A stretch of DNA of 51,032 nt, the filler included, from Sphacelaria rigidula (taxonomy: Eukaryota), in NCBI GenBank assembly GCA_964200075.2. It is 3 parts of 3 records of this genome, joined end to end, with 100 filler letters (N's around TTAATTAATTAA, not from the genome) between each part and the next. Parts side by side here need not be neighbours in the genome. Positions count along the whole stretch, not along the records: positions 34,091 to 51,032 come from CAXNAA020001209.1; 2 more parts are not named here. One strand, 5' to 3'. Position numbers and translations under genes: made by a program. Positions 36,695-48,063 of this stretch are shown one piece after another. The first letter of the stretch is position 1. The number at the start of each line of letters is the position of its first letter. The notes under the pieces were generated by a model that was not told where the DNA came from, ran no database searches, and worked only from the letters and a program-made list of their open reading frames with translations.

Positions 36695-36844
36695 GAGATA
36701 TTCGACACGCTCTGTTGAACCTTCAGATGACCGTAGGATGCGGCGTAACGTGTACCTCTTCAACTTCGGCTTCGACGTCCCGCTTCACCAACCTTAACAA
36801 AAAGAGCGGTAGCCGCCGAGGAGCAGGAGCAGGAGGAGGGGGAG
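36695..36844 (+). CDS. RAD17: RAD17 exon
   Basis: CAG acceptor and GTAGGT donor, phase 1-1. GDIRHALLNLQ corresponds to the RFC/RAD17 GDIRSAINSLQ motif. Confidence 0.88.
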
Positions 36845-37691
36845 GTAGGTTTTCATTTCACCCCAAGAGTAGAACTCAAAAGCTGCAATGGTGTGTTTGA
36901 GAGGGCATTTCCTGCATTTGGATATTCTGAAAAATCGTACTCCAAGCACCCAAAAATTAGGGACTAGGAATGCGATTGTACCTAATTTTACCCGATATTT
37001 GGGTAGAGTTTGGAAATCGGACCATCGCAATGCCCGAAATCCGTAGAGTAAAAATACCCGTGTTTTATCCTACCCAACATACGTGAAAAGTTGTTGGAAG
37101 ATGTATGAATGAAAACGTGGGTCTCGCCTTCTATGTTTCTTTGGGTGACAATATTAAAATATTGCTCGAGAAGGAGGTGAAGTTCTTGTATTTCTGGTCC
37201 CCTCGACAACATGCACAATGATCATTTCCCATGAACAACAGCTTACTATCAAAGTATTCTGGTCCCCACGGTACACTCACTCTATGCAGAGCTACACCAT
37301 CAACCTGTGTGGGCCACACTACTGCAGCATATCCCCGAACCTAGACCCCTCAAGTACAGCACTGCCCCCCTCGCGGTAGGTAGCCAGTCTTCGTCCGTCG
37401 GAGTATTGCAAGGTTGTGTTCTGTAGGGTCTCCCTGGACGTGGGGGATTTCTGGTTTGTATACTAAACCATACCAGAGTGTGCACGGCACATTTGCGATG
37501 TGATCCGGCAGGGTATCGAGCCTTCTTCCGAACAAAAATCCGGTATGGCCCGGAAGGATATTTACCGAAGAAATGCTCCTCTTATAACATATTTATTTTT
37601 TCATTATTATTATTACCTCCGCACATTAGTCCGATCTCTCAAACCCGTGGTCTTAGACGTGGGCTCGCCTTTCCACACCGTCCCTGCTATT

Positions 37692-37895
37692 AGAGAGTTT
37701 CGGAAAACGCTTTTTTGTTATCTCTGAGTGCAAATATCTCAGAATCAAACTGCAGAATGAAATATAAAAAAAACTCACCGAAAAAAAGTTGAGAGGATAC
37801 CACATTTGACGGAGGGCGAAATGTTTTTTCGCTACACTCTGATCCTGAGATATTTGCACTCAGAGATGACAAAAAAGCGTTTTCCGAAACTCTCT
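37692..37895. mobile_element. MITE, 204 bp, with ~51-bp near-perfect TIRs
   Basis: AGAGAGTTTCGGAAAACGCTTTTTTGT.ATCTCTGAGTGCAAATATCTCAG and its reverse complement. Flanks are GCTATT / GTTATT. Confidence 0.9.
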
Positions 37896-38528
37896 GTTAT
37901 TCTTACGAGACAGCCGTCGTCGTTTCCCCCTGAACCTCCAGCCTAATTTCAAGAAGGAACGCAATCAACTAAGGTGATACCAAAATGAAAATAAGAAGAG
38001 AGACGTCAAGAAAAAACGTGAGAAACAGGTTCCCCTTATATATGTGCTTCCCTTATATACGCTTCCCCTTATACTTCTGTAAATACCCCGAATTTCAGCC
38101 GGTATACCCTACAGAACGCAACCTTGGATACTTGCAACTGGAGGGGGATAAAATGAACACAACCGTATGAGCACTGTGTTCTTACTTTACGCCAACAAGA
38201 ATAGCAACAGCAGCAGTGTTGATGATTGATGAATTAGTCTGATCGTGACGTATCACCTAATCGGCCTCGAACCCAGCCGTGGTCACCCCCTCCCCTCCTC
38301 ATGACTATGGCATGCATGATCATGAGTACACCCTCCCCCGGTCACGGAACACAAGTGATGACACGATTCAGCGATCATGTGGGGTCACCACCAACCAATC
38401 GACCGACCTGAGGTGACGAATGGGCCGGCAACGACTTCTTGTCTATACCGTAGTAGATATGATTTTCCCAGAGAAAATAACTCACATATTGGCAGTAAGT
38501 ATATATGGAGTATTTTATCCTTCTATAA

Positions 38529-38628
38529 TGTGTTGACCTTCCTCCTGTGTGACCCCGGCTGGTGCGCCCACATACACCGGAAGATGTAGACTGGCGCCCA
38601 GAATAGATGGGATGACGACACCCACACA
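38529..38628 (+). mobile_element. 3' fragment of the tRNA-SINE seen at 20903-21264
   Basis: Reverse complement of ~20905-21004 with high identity. Confidence 0.8.
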
Positions 38629-38669
38629 TGATAATTGTCGGTGGTCACGTTTTTTTTCTTTTCATCCAG

Positions 38670-38882
38670 GTTCGGGACTTCGTGCTTCGTACGCCAAGAG
38701 CAGCGGTAAGAGAAGCGCTGGACAGGCCAAGGGTCGACATCAGTCCTCGGGCGGTGGTGCAGGCAGCACGAGCAAGAACACCCGGGACACCTTTTTGACG
38801 CAGTTTCATGCTCTCGGGAAGCTGTTGTACGCGAAGCGTGGTCCACCCAAACACGGTTCTGCCGCAGGCTTTTCAGCGAGAG
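38670..38882 (+). CDS. RAD17: RAD17 exon
   Basis: TTTTCATCCAG acceptor and GTACCG donor, phase 1-1. RDTFLTQFHALGKLLYAKR matches the RAD17 motif D..L.LF(R/H)ALGKILY.KR. Confidence 0.92.
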
Positions 38883-38931
38883 GTACCGTACCGTACTTGT
38901 AACGGGTTTTCAGTGGGAGAAGCAATTTTTG

Positions 38932-38933
<2 letters not shown>

Positions 38934-38981
<48 letters not shown>
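38934..38981. repeat. (GT)n microsatellite
   Basis: Seen directly in the sequence. Confidence 0.95.
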
Positions 38982-38984
<3 letters not shown>

Positions 38985-39883
38985 CATTCGTTCTTTGACT
39001 TGGTCGTTTGACCGTTGACCACGCATCCCTTTCGAGACCGAGCACCGTTCCTACCCCTAATAGAAATACCTCCACCAATTTGGGCGCTCATATTTTCTTT
39101 CATACATCACGTAAGAACCTTTTATATATCTTACCCCCATCCTGTTTCCGAGGGGAATGGGGGGGGGGGGTGCTGTTGACGATACATTGGAAAATAACCC
39201 GGGGCCCCCGGTGGTCTATCGGTACAACTGCAACTGGGGGTGGAAGATCGCGGGTCCGAATCGAGGCAGATGTTGGTGTATATATTTACAAGAAGTGTCA
39301 GATTTTTTGTCGTTGGAAACGACAACGAGAGTACGTGAGCAGCAAAGGGAAGATATTTTGTATTTTCAACGGGACACAATTTCACCACATTTGAGTACGA
39401 GCTGGGCCAGCTAACAGAGATTTTTGAATGTTTCCGGGCCCGGCTGTGGGTAATTCGAGGAGTTGGGCGCAGAAGTTTTGACACGACATTTTGATCGTAA
39501 ACACGCGCAGCATTTCTCGTTATGCCTCGAAGAAAAAAAAACAGAAAGGTAGAGCGATTCGAAGTTGCAGCAAGAAATTGAAAAAATGCTGAGATTCCGT
39601 GAAAATGAAGAAATGCGGCGGCATCCCCAGAAGTGTTGTGCGTACTTGCTTGCCGGAGATCCTGGTGAAATTTCGCCCCCAAATTCTCAGAATTGGGCGC
39701 AGCCGCGCACTTTTTGTGTGACACCGCTGCGCCCCTTCAATCCATATGATACAGGAGGCTGCAGTTATGGAGGTCAAGCGTCCGAATTCTGACATTTTCT
39801 CTTTTCTTCTTCGTTCCATCGTTAAGCTCATATATTATGCATTACATTTTTTTTTCTTCATTCAGCGGCGGAGCCGTGCCGTA

Positions 39884-40371
39884 GGCCGCTCCTTATAACA
39901 GACGAGAATTAAAACTCTGTAAAAATACCTTTTTGGAGCTTTTACGTCGTTTTACGCTCCGAAAGAGAGCTAGGCGGAGTCTGAAACTTTGGAATGACTT
40001 GCTTTACTGGTTGAGGCGGTTCCAGGACATATACCCGTTTTCCGGTGGCCGCAATTTTTATTTTGGCCAAACAATAATGTTTCTCCAAGAACGATAAAAA
40101 GGAGCCAAGTTCAGGGAAAAGTGGCGATTTTTTCTACATTTGACTGTTTTTTACCGTTCTTTGAGAAAAGTTCTTCTCTGGTGAAAACGAAAACTGCGGC
40201 CACCAGAAGACGGGAAGATGTCCTGAAACCGCGTCAACTAGTAGAGCAAGTCATTCCAACGTGTCAAACTCCGCCTTGCTCTCTTTCGGAGCGTAAAACG
40301 ACGTGAATACGTAAAAGCTCCAAAAAGGCACTTTTCCAGACTTTTATTCTTGTCTGTTATAAGGAACGGCC
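39884..40371. mobile_element. Foldback MITE, PIF/Harbinger-like, 488 bp
   Basis: Ends GGCCGCTCCTTATAACAGAC / GTCTGTTATAAGGAACGGCC with ~220-bp arms (ACGTCGTTTTACGCTCCGAAAGAGAGC is perfect). Flanks are GTA / TTA. Confidence 0.9.
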
Positions 40372-41401
40372 TTACCAGCTTGGTCTGCAGTTCACAGCGA
40401 TATACTCAAGTCGGGCTGATTTGATGAACTTGATAAGTTATGGTGCGGCATGCAAATGCGAGATTTACTGCTTGCCCGGCTCGCAAGAGTCGGGGGTCCT
40501 CTCCTCTCAACACTTTGGCCGTATGACCCGGCGTTTATCTCGACCTTTTCGAAACTTGACATAATTTGTATCAACCTCGTTGTATATTACAGGTTTATGT
40601 GTGCGTGCATACTGTGCGTATGTTTCGTGTCTTCATTTTTCGTTTTTCCTCTTTCTGTCGTTTTTTTTCTTGGCGAATGTTTTTGTTTGTTCACGTACGT
40701 ACTTGGAGAAATATAATTTTCCTGGTGACAAAGGCGGGTCAGTTAATGTGCAACAATCAAACGATCGATCAGCCAAACGGGCATCAGCCACAACAGTCTT
40801 TTCTTGCAGCAGTCAGCAATAACAGTAGCCGCTTGACCCCTCTGGCGCCAAGATCTCGCCTGTGTCTGTGATACCGGGGACGGAGAAACCGGGCTAAAGT
40901 GCGGAAATTGTAAGAGTAGTAACTTGCACACTGGGGCCTAAAGGTGGGAGCTTCGCATTCAAAGATTCCCATGTGACCTCTTAGGCGCCCCGCTTTCCAT
41001 TCTGACAAGTACAATCGGCCTGTCGATTTTATTTGAAATTTTCCGGGACTGGTACTAGATACCAACTAGCCTGGCTTTTTTGTTTTTCTTCATTTTTTTG
41101 CACTTCACGCTGCTCGTTCTCTCTTTTTGATCTTTCCCCGTTATTGAGAGGTTCCTTTCCCGGGTTTTTCCTGTTCTTATACTCTGGGGGTGAGTCAGCA
41201 TGTGGCCGCGGCTAGATTCGTAGCCAATCGGATTGATGTGCGACAATCGATCATGTACCCCTTTTTGTTCACCTTGGGTACGCCTCCCATCTAGTGGGTA
41301 ATGACCACGGCAGGATCATGACTCCTGGGGGATGAGTTGAATTTTCGACAATGAAAGAACGAAAAATGAACCGTGTCAATCGATAAATCAATCAATACCA
41401 G

Positions 41402-41578
41402 GTTCTCGATGGTTGGGAGGCGGGTCTAGCGCATCGGCGGAGGGAGCGGCGGAATCAGACCGCAGGGGTCCTTTGGAGTTCGTCCCCGAAGAGGTGCTGG
41501 CCCAAGGGGGAATGACAGTGGACTCCGCCCTAGCTTTTTTGCAGTATCACTGCGTGGACTTTTACACGGACGAAGACG
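41402..41578 (+). CDS. RAD17: RAD17 exon
   Basis: CAG acceptor and GTGAGG donor, phase 1-1. PLEFVPEEVLAQ...FLQYHCVDFYTDED aligns with RAD17 LLVEPEEVV...LHQNYIDFF. Confidence 0.9.
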
Positions 41579-41656
41579 GTGAGGATCAAGCAGCAGCAAA
41601 CAGCAGCAGTAAAATTCGCAAAGGTGGTCAGGTTAGGGTACGGTTACGTATGTCAC

Positions 41657-41997
41657 GTACCCTGAAATACTCGGTACCCTGAAATACTCCGCACCCTGAA
41701 GTATCCGGTACCCTGAAGTCTTCGGTACTCTGAAGTACTTCGTACCCCGAAGTACTTGGTACCCTGAAGTACCCGATACCCTGAAATACTTGATACAGTA
41801 CCCTAGAGTGCTTGGTAACCTGGAAAACTGCGTGCCCCGCAGTATTTGATACCCTGAGATATTTTATACCCTGATATACTCGGAGTGCTTGATATCCTGG
41901 AATACTCGGTACCCTAGAATACTCGGTACCCTGAAGTTCTCGGTACCCTGAAGTACTTGATACCCTGAGATATTTGGTACCGTGAAATACTCGTTAC
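41657..41997. repeat. 17-bp minisatellite GTACCCTGAA(A/G)TACT(C/T)G, about 20 copies
   Basis: Seen directly. Bounded by possible imperfect TIRs (GGGTACGGTTACG / CGTTACCTTATCCC). Confidence 0.9.
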
Positions 41998-43230
41998 CTT
42001 ATCCCGGGCTGCTCGGTGCCCGTGAACATTCGGCATTTTTCAGTCGAAATGTGCCTATTTTATTTATCCTTCATTACGATAGTTCTCCCTTCATTACTCG
42101 AGTACTCGGGGCGAGCGCCTTCTGACGCATGGGGATCAATCTACCCATCTCTCCCCTGGTGCCTGCCCTATTCTTCCGTAATATCGAGCATGGGATCAGC
42201 ACTTTCCCGTAGCTCGTCCACGAGCATTACTTTTCTCCGCCTGTGTTTTCTACTCACCCGCTCACACTCGCCGTGGCGGAAACCAGAGAAATCCCCCAGA
42301 CGTGCCGGGATTCAAACTCGTTACTCCGTCTATACTAAGGATCGGTTGGACCTCATCTCTCCCCCTGTAGCTACGTTATACCCTTATTACTCGTTGATAT
42401 CGAGCAGTTGTTCAGTACTCACTCCCCCAGCCCTTGGTGGACTTTCTCAGCCTTTTGTCTGCTATTTTTTCAAGAATTTCTCCTCACTGAAATTTTGTGA
42501 CGACGGAAACCCATAAAATATGCTATCTTCTGACGGGATTTGATTCCGTAAGATCCACTCCCCACCTCCGAACTTGTGTTTGGAACGAGCGTTGATGTAC
42601 CAATTTGGTCTCTGGGGGTCATGAGCTAGATGTTAGAGCATGACGTGGTCTCGTAGTCGAACATGTTTTCACGGAGGTAGGGCGCGTGGAATTTTGTTCT
42701 TGTCGGGAAACTTCGTTGGTCCGTCCTCGCGAGCCGTGCACGATCGCTCACGAGTAGATTGATCGATGGCTTTGGTCGATCGATAGATTGATTGATTTCA
42801 TTGTCGCAGATGAACTGATCCGTTACTGCCGAACCAGCTGTGGTAATGAGATGGACGCACCAAAGATGAATGGGAGATGTGAGTCTGGGAGTATGTACGT
42901 GAAAGATTTCGACGTTTTGCTCACGTGACACGGAAGAATGAACATGTGCCCTTTCTGCCAGCCGTAGCCAAACTACTCCGTGGCGACACACACACACACA
43001 TACACACACAGGTACATCCAGTGTTACTAACCAGAAGCCAAAGAAAGCTGCCGGAAATCACCTTTCCGGTGCCGGGTAAGACTCGGTGCTAATTATATGT
43101 GTAGCACAAACGCCGTCCTTGAGCTTGCTTGCAATCACACCGGTATATTCATAATTATTTTTTAAATATGTATTTCCCCCTTTTTTTGTCGCATGTATGC
43201 TTTTTTTTTTCTTGTGTTTTGCTTCCGCAG

Positions 43231-43301
43231 ATCTGGCTCTAGGGTTGGGGTACATGTCCGACGCGGATTTGTTCGCCTCCAGCATGTACGCCTCCTCCAA
43301 G
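43231..43301 (+). CDS. RAD17: RAD17 exon
   Basis: Long T tract plus CGCAG acceptor and GTGCGC donor, phase 1-0. DLALGLGYMSDADLF matches RAD17 DDI......LS.AD.L. Confidence 0.9.
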
Positions 43302-44960
43302 GTGCGCACCTCAGGAAGAATATCTGCTGTCGTCATGGTACACACAACGATGTGGAGTTTATTTTTATTTTTTATCGTAAACACTTCTTCACGGACGCAG
43401 CATGACCAAATGGCTGTCGATACTGCTTTCAACCAAAAGTTGAAGCTGGGATCTAACTCCCTGGCAGTGTATATCCCGGCAAATACTGTCACTCGGCACG
43501 TACGTCCTGAGTGTGAAGGTCTGTTCCATTCCATGATGTGTAGGCTAGTTATTTGGTTTGAATACTGCTCTGTGGAGATTTTGTTAACATCAAGACACGG
43601 TTGCTGGGAGCCAGCGCTGACGTTGGGAGTGACTTCCTCAAAGGCAGTGACTGCCTGGTGTACATGATGTTGGGTTGAGGGCTGTGCGTCTCCGGACTAG
43701 AGTAATTGGATGGGCCCCTCGCACTCTTCGCCCCCCCCCTCTCTTCCCGTCTTTTCCAATGTGTTATTTGCTGCTGTAGATGCGTGCAGCGTCGGCAGCT
43801 AGCTAGTTACCGAGACGCGGTATGTTTTTTTACAGCGTTCGCAGCACGATTCACTCAACCTTTTGTCAGTCGCCACCATCCAAATGGTGGATTTTTTGTT
43901 GGATGTCTGAGCCAGGGTACTGAAATTTCGTTTGTTGTTGCTTTTTTTAGAAGTAGAAGCCAGAATCGTTTTCGAAATTCTCATGTGTGGTGCAAGGAGT
44001 GCTTTTAACATCTCTGCCAAGAGTGATCCCCCCAACATCCTCCACCGATGTGTTCGGGCAAATACGGACCCGTCAGATATTTTCAAGTCAAATAGAGATC
44101 ACTTACATTCTGCTTTTTTACTTTTCTGGATAATGCTCTGATAGAACTGCGGCATGATGGATTATAACAGCAGTATGCGTAGCACCTCTCTATTTCTCCT
44201 TGTTTTTCGGGCCATGGGTCTCGAGGCAAACGGCAATGACCCCCCGATTTGTGGGGCTCCTTATCTTTACACTGGTATATCATGTATGCCATCCAGCCCC
44301 ATTAAGCAAACCAAAGGGGTGCACCTGCTTTCTATTTTGAAGGTCGTCGCGAGGCGACCTCAATTTTTGATCGTATATCTATGGTTGTTTTTTCGAAAAT
44401 AACGCTGATCCGAACCCTAACCCTGACCCTAATCCCGACTCAAGGCGTACGACACCCTCGGGCAAGGGGGGTGCATAGGTTTTCCTAGGAAAAGTGTGCG
44501 TTGGCAGACCTGGAATCGACGCCGCAGGCGCCAATTTCGACAAAAAGCACGTTCTGGACGAGCTGGGTCCATCGCTCACCTGCCCCAAACCATAAATTTT
44601 CTCAGAACTTTCTCCACTCTATAATCGAGTAGTCATGTCGTCAACCATACATGTGCGACTGAAGCTCAAGGTCTACTGGTCGTTGGTCCGTGGGGAAAGT
44701 CGAGCTTCGGATGCGGTCCGCAAGCTGAAGCGGGCGGTGTTCATCTTGATCGGGATCGAAGCCGTGAAGAGCAACGCGGGGCACGATTTGTCTATACCGC
44801 CCGGAGAAGCACGTCTCGGTTTGGTTGATCGATTGATTGATGCATTGTCGCACCACCTTCGACACATTGGAGCTGTATTTTAGCATGAGATGGCGCGAAT
44901 TATGTGAGTTAAGTTATCGTCCAAGGATTGGCTCACTTCCGTTTCCCTACCCCACTGCAG

Positions 44961-45058
44961 GGTTCAAGTATCGGCGAGGACGTGTATCCCCAGAGGTATG
45001 CGGAGTCTATCGCTTCGAGGGCTACGGCGTTTTCCAACAAGCACCCAGCCAAGAGCAG
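44961..45058 (+). CDS. RAD17: RAD17 exon
   Basis: CTGCAG acceptor and GTATTT donor, phase 0-2. YAESIASRATAFSNKHP matches RAD17 Y..SIATRGV..SN. Confidence 0.9.
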
Positions 45059-45948
45059 GTATTTAGATAATACTGTTATTTTCTGACTCATTTTAAAGAA
45101 TCCCCGTCCTTATTGCTGTTGTGATCATGAGTATTTTTTGTTCTGCCCTTTCTTCAAATTGAACTTTATAATAGTTTCCGTTTCTAATCACACGTACGTG
45201 CGAACGAGAGCTATATTGTGACTACGACTGTGAAAAAAATATATTTTTTACTTGATTTTTATCATCATTTTTACGGCAGCAAAGATTTCGAAGCTGGCAA
45301 ACTGGGAATTGTGGTATTCTGTAGGGCGACTGTGTTTCATGCATTTTGGATTTAAGATCGCCGTTGCTTGGCAGACCTGGCGCAGGTGCGCCCATCCAAC
45401 TATACCTTAGGTCAGTATCTGCAGTATATCCCACACTGGGGCAATTTTAGACGAAATCTCGATATTTTTCTGTTCCCAGGTCCCCGCACTGTCACAGGAA
45501 ATCATGTCTACGCCAGAATATCTTGATGAGGTATTTCCAACATGCGACATGAAAACCGTGGCGTAGCCTCAGCAGTTTTCACGTGAACGTGGATTGAGGT
45601 TGGGTGACACACACCTCCGTAAGCGTACGGTATTCTTCGAAAATTGGGATGTTGGCTCCGAACCCGCCATTCGGTTGGTATCTGTCGGGGCTGCAGCAAA
45701 AATCGTGCGTCGCATTGCCTATTTTCTTCAAAGAATCATGTTCCATTCCGCGATTGATGTACACGTATTAGCCGCGAAGGGGCCGAACGGCATGTTGAGG
45801 TCTAAGTAGGTGAGGACTTCACCACCACTATTATCCCTATTCCTATTACCGTGCTACTTGCACGACTACTTCCTCTGTCCCATGTATCCTTCCCCCCGGG
45901 GTTGTCGCTCTTCGGGATGTCCCCCGCCGATGACCAGGAAAAAAAAAA

Positions 45949-47587
45949 GCGTTGGATTCTTCAGAATATTTCACACCATGAACAAAATATTGCACACAAC
46001 TCTTAAATGAATTCTCATCTCAAAATGGTCCCGATAACAATTAAACTCAAGCTGGGGGTACATCGTCCTTCCGTTGGAATGATCCTGCTGTAGCATGAGG
46101 CCGCATACAACTGCACCTCTCGCACAGCCCTACGCCACCCCACTCCCCCAAGATGTCTCCGCATCGACGGCAAAGGAAAGTCAGGGGCTGCGTGTTCGCA
46201 TACAGCACGCGTACAATCCCCTTCCCTCAGGTTGAGCTGCCCACCAAGCACACCGCCTCGGCCAACGAACCGCAAACTGACCGAGTGAAGTCCCACGGCA
46301 CTGATGCCGCTCCACCGGGTCGCGAGAGGCTCCCGAGAGGTGTGGGGCAGGAGTTGGCGGAAGCGTTTAGAGTGGTGGGGAAAAACCCTAGGTTCTTGCG
46401 GGCGCGCATGAAAAAGCAGTCGAGACAGTGGGACTGCTGCTTACCTGATATCACAACTACGACATGGACGGACATCGGGTGCACCAGCGGAGCGTGCGCG
46501 GTAGGAGACAATCGTCGCTACTCATCGCACGCTGACTCTTGGCCAAGCCTTTTTGTCGATTTTGGTTTAGAGTCAGCGTGCGATGAGTGGCGTCGATTCT
46601 CTCCTGCTGTGCAGGTTTCCCTGTTGTACCCGATGTCCGTCCATGTCGTAGTTGTGATACCAGGGAGCCCCCAACAGCTCGGCGTCTTCTCCAAAAAGTA
46701 CACCGTCTCGGGCAAAGACTTGCAAGCTGGCCGAGGGGAGGTCAAACCGCACGCATGCTGCGCTATGCATTGGATCGGTCCTGTGGGCAGCGAGAGGATC
46801 CCGAGAATATCCGGGCCTGAATTGGTGGAAGAGTTTAGACTGTTGAAAATATACCCCAGGCTCTTGTGGGTGCGCGGCAAAGAGAAGCTCGGACTTCGAG
46901 AATGCAGTCTTCCCGAATGGAAAACCACTATTTGGGCGGCCGTCAGGGTATGCAACCGACGTCAGCTGGAGTCAGGGAAACTAAATGCAATAAACACACG
47001 CTGACTGCCCATCAAGATTGAGGTCGTTTGCATACCCTAACGATTGCCTAGATCGTGTTTTTCCTTCGAGCAAGACTGCATTGTCAAGATCCTAGCGGTT
47101 TATTGACGCGTGTTCACAAAAGCCTAAGGGATCTCTCCACCACTCTAAACTGTTTCAACAATTCAGGCCCGAAACTTCTCGAGAGCCTCTTACAGTCCGT
47201 AGGATCGATCCAGGGCATAGCGCAGCATGAGTGCGGTTTGATTTCCCCTCGAGCCAGCTCGCATGTCTTTGCCCGAGACGGTGTGCTTTCTGGACAAGAC
47301 ACCGGGCTGTTGGGCGCTCGACATGGTCCATGGGTTGTAAGCGTGCTGTATACGTGTAGGCAGGCCCTGATTTCTCGTTGCCGTCGACGTTGAGGCTTGT
47401 TGGAGACAGTTTTACCGTTGGGTCTGTGAGAGGGCTCCGTGCTTGAGCGGGATCATTCAAACAGGAGGACGATGTACCCCTATTCTGCCTGTCATTCTTT
47501 CGGAACCATTTTTAGAGTGGAGTTCCTCGTAACCTTTTTGTTCAAATATTGTTATTCAGGGTAAATATTTTGTGAAGAATCTAGCGC
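45949..47587. mobile_element. Complex foldback element (~1.64 kb) with nested inverted repeats
   Basis: Outer arms ~45949-46220 / ~47330-47587. Inner hairpins at 46445-46663 and ~46670-47320. ~46225-46490 is a diverged direct copy of ~46670-46960. No TSD resolved. Confidence 0.8.
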
Positions 47588-47603
47588 GAAAGTCCGTTTT
47601 GAA

Positions 47604-47636
47604 ACTACTACTACTACTACTACTACCACTACTATT
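47604..47636. repeat. (CTA)n microsatellite
   Basis: Seen directly in the sequence. Confidence 0.85.
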
Positions 47637-47880
47637 ACCCACCACAATTCCACCACCGTGAGCACCACAAACTCATTTACGTACTTGATTTCATTACTCC
47701 GATTGGGCAACCCCTCAACTGATACCGCCTGTTGTCGTCAGTCATTCACATGTCTGAATTTGTTCGATATTTAAGCACCCCACAATGATACGCGTATTAG
47801 TTTATGCTATGGCTGCTGGACTACGCCCCTGCCCCCATCCCTCCCTCCCCGCACGCTCCCCCGCGGATCCTCTCGAGCAG

Positions 47881-48063
47881 AATGCGCGCCTTCGGAGCCC
47901 CCAGATCCTTCGAGATGCGGCGAATCCGCGAGGAAGGTAGCGATGTGTTGCGCCGGTTTGTGAGCGATGCGTGGGACTGGTCCGGGGGAGACATGATGGC
48001 ACTGTGGGCGTCAAGTAGACACCCCAGGGAGATTGTCCACACGGAGCTGTTACCGGCCGCAAG
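47881..48063 (+). CDS. RAD17: RAD17 exon
   Basis: GCAG acceptor and GTGCGA donor, phase 2-2. MRAFGAPRSFEMRR...EIVHTELLPAA parallels the RAD17 C-terminal FRPLHKPQWF...LQTQLLPYL. Confidence 0.8.

Noticed and set aside
41657-41997. CRISPR array
   Set aside because: Head-to-tail 17-bp units with no unique spacers, in a eukaryotic intron with no cas genes.
44410-44437. Telomere (CCCTAA-like repeats)
   Set aside because: Only about four degenerate units inside an intron, more likely part of a repeat element.
46153-47004. 283-aa ORF with an internal peptide repeat as a real gene
   Set aside because: Differences between the two module copies fall across all codon positions in the stretch I compared, and the ORF crosses a palindrome centre.
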